DNA from: Eledone cirrhosa
Taxonomy: Eukaryota
Direction of reading: 5' to 3'
DNA length: 64,000 nucleotides
Assembly (NCBI GenBank): GCA_964016885.1
Contig: OZ024740.1
Location: 93,558,001-93,622,000 of the forward strand
The notes beneath the pieces were generated by a model. That model was not told the origin of the DNA. It searched no databases and saw nothing but the letters and a program-made list of their open reading frames with translations. Positions within the stretch are counted from its first letter, which is position 1. Each line of letters opens with the position of its first letter. Made by a program: the position numbers and the translations under genes. Of the stretch, positions 62,602 through 64,000 are shown piece after piece.

Positions 62602-63098
62602 TATAGCGACGTGGTTAGTGAGTTTGGTCACTACTTCTGATCAGATCCGAGAATAGCCCTTAAAAGGACTGGTATCGCATACGGTCTGATCAGATCTGAA
62701 GATAGCCTTTAAAAGGACTGTTGCCGCCTATAGTCCTTAAAAGAGCTGTTGAGGATGGACAGACGAAAGCACAAGTTGAAAGGACGAAGCAAGGCGAGAT
62801 ATAAATTCGATCAGCTATTTATTTTCACATGAAGCGACGATACGAGGTACAAGGCGTGTGAGTGACAAAGCGTGGCAGAGGCGATGAACAACGATACGCG
62901 GGTTGACTCTGCCAAATGTCGACTGGCGAAGTGTTTGGAACCACTCTATTTATACAGAAATAATCATTTGATGTTTAGCCGCTGTGTAGGCGTTTATTCT
63001 GGTAGCTTCTAAGGGTTCTTTTGTTTCACGGTGAGGTAGATAGCTAACAGGAAGATGGCGCTGTATATTTCACAGATGTTATTTCCGGTGGCTGTACA
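62602..63098 (-). repeat. 5' LTR
   Basis: Direct repeat of 57754-58252, next to the PBS. Confidence 0.93.
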
Positions 63099-63419
63099 TG
63101 TATATATATGTACGCATATGTGTGTGCGATTGTGTGTGGTCTTCTGTGTGTGTGTCTGTTCGTGAAAGCCTTTGTGGCTTTCCCCAGATTTGATTGCAAT
63201 CTCATGGGTCAAGGAGCTTGCTAATTTAGCTTTTCAGCTGTTTGTTTACTACATATGTCAGTTCTACTAAAATTTAAAATTATTCGGAGCATATGTACAC
63301 ATACGCACACATACACACACATACACACACACATACACACATACACACACACACGTACACACATGCGCAGACACAAACACACACACACACACACATACAC
63401 ACACACATATATATATAGT

Positions 63420-63622
63420 AAAAAAGTATGATCCCGACGGCAGAGCTCACGCCGTTTCGACGGCTATTTCTGTACTAAATTTAGTCCAGAAATAGCCGTC
63501 GAAACGGCTTGAGCTATGCCGTCGCGGTCATACTTTTTTCCTATTTCCCAATCTACTACCCTAAGTATTGAGTACTCTGGTGCATTATGGTCCATCTGCT
63601 TCCTTACCACAATTCCTTTGTT
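63420..63622. repeat. Fold-back element homologous to 3535-3738 (opposite orientation)
   Basis: gacggc.gagctca.gccgtttcgacggcta.ttctg hairpin plus the same tail. Confidence 0.8.
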
Positions 63623-63649
63623 ATATATATATATATCATATATCATGTC

Positions 63650-64000
63650 CTTAGAATTATTAGATAAAATGTATACCATTTCCTCTCCCAATTAGCATAA
63701 TTAACCATATAAAAAATCAATTAGACCAAGGTATAAGAATAAAGGCTCCTATGAAGAAATTTCCGACAAATAACCGAAAGCTGCCACTTAGCGGTGGCCC
63801 CGATAGAGTATTTATCCAACATTTCAACAGCATGTAGAAACTGACTAAATATACCGTCAACCATACACAATTAGGTGTAAATTCAAACTTAGAAGAAATG
63901 TGTACATACCGTAATTATATCTCTTCGATGGTTTCGTCCATATTTTTAGACATCCAATAACAGGATATATCCAGAGTATCGGACTCATGGGGAGTGAACT
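63650..64000 (+). repeat. Diverged family X copy, runs off the window
   Basis: tctcccaattagcataat, cctatgaagaaa and aaccatacacaattaggtg.aaa.tcaaa.ttagaagaaa shared with 4240-4465. Confidence 0.7.

Larger units (their letters stand above)
57754..63098 (-). mobile_element. Ty3/Gypsy LTR retrotransposon, both LTRs present, decayed
   Basis: LTRs 57754-58252 and 62602-63098 (TG...CA; TA...CA in one copy); 4-bp TSD tgta (57750-53 / 63099-102); PR-RT-RH-IN order. Confidence 0.95.

Overview
AT-rich, microsatellite-saturated eukaryotic DNA; the repeat content suggests an invertebrate, possibly an octopod, but that is inference. Almost all ORFs in the supplied track are (TA)n/(CA)n translation artefacts. 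The window is dominated by Penelope-like retroelements (PLEs) of Naiad-type architecture (RT plus C-terminal GIY-YIG) from about five families, inserted in (TA)n tracts. The largest is a ~26 kb array (5953-32216) of a ~7.0 kb unit: about 2.8 units on the minus strand joined head-to-head to a 5'-truncated plus-strand copy. It has one intact ORF and a hammerhead ribozyme with an unusually long helix II in each unit. Nested in it is a 2.4 kb non-coding array of a 311-bp hammerhead-bearing unit (retrozyme-like) with the same head-to-head layout, absent from the three sister copies. Also present: a decayed Gypsy LTR element with both LTRs, a tRNA-Trp-like PBS and a 4-bp TSD; LINE endonuclease remnants; tRNA-derived SINEs; several small fold-back elements; and two weakly supported host exons that would make most of the window one ~51 kb intron. 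All RNA structures were paired by eye; none was folded computationally or tested.
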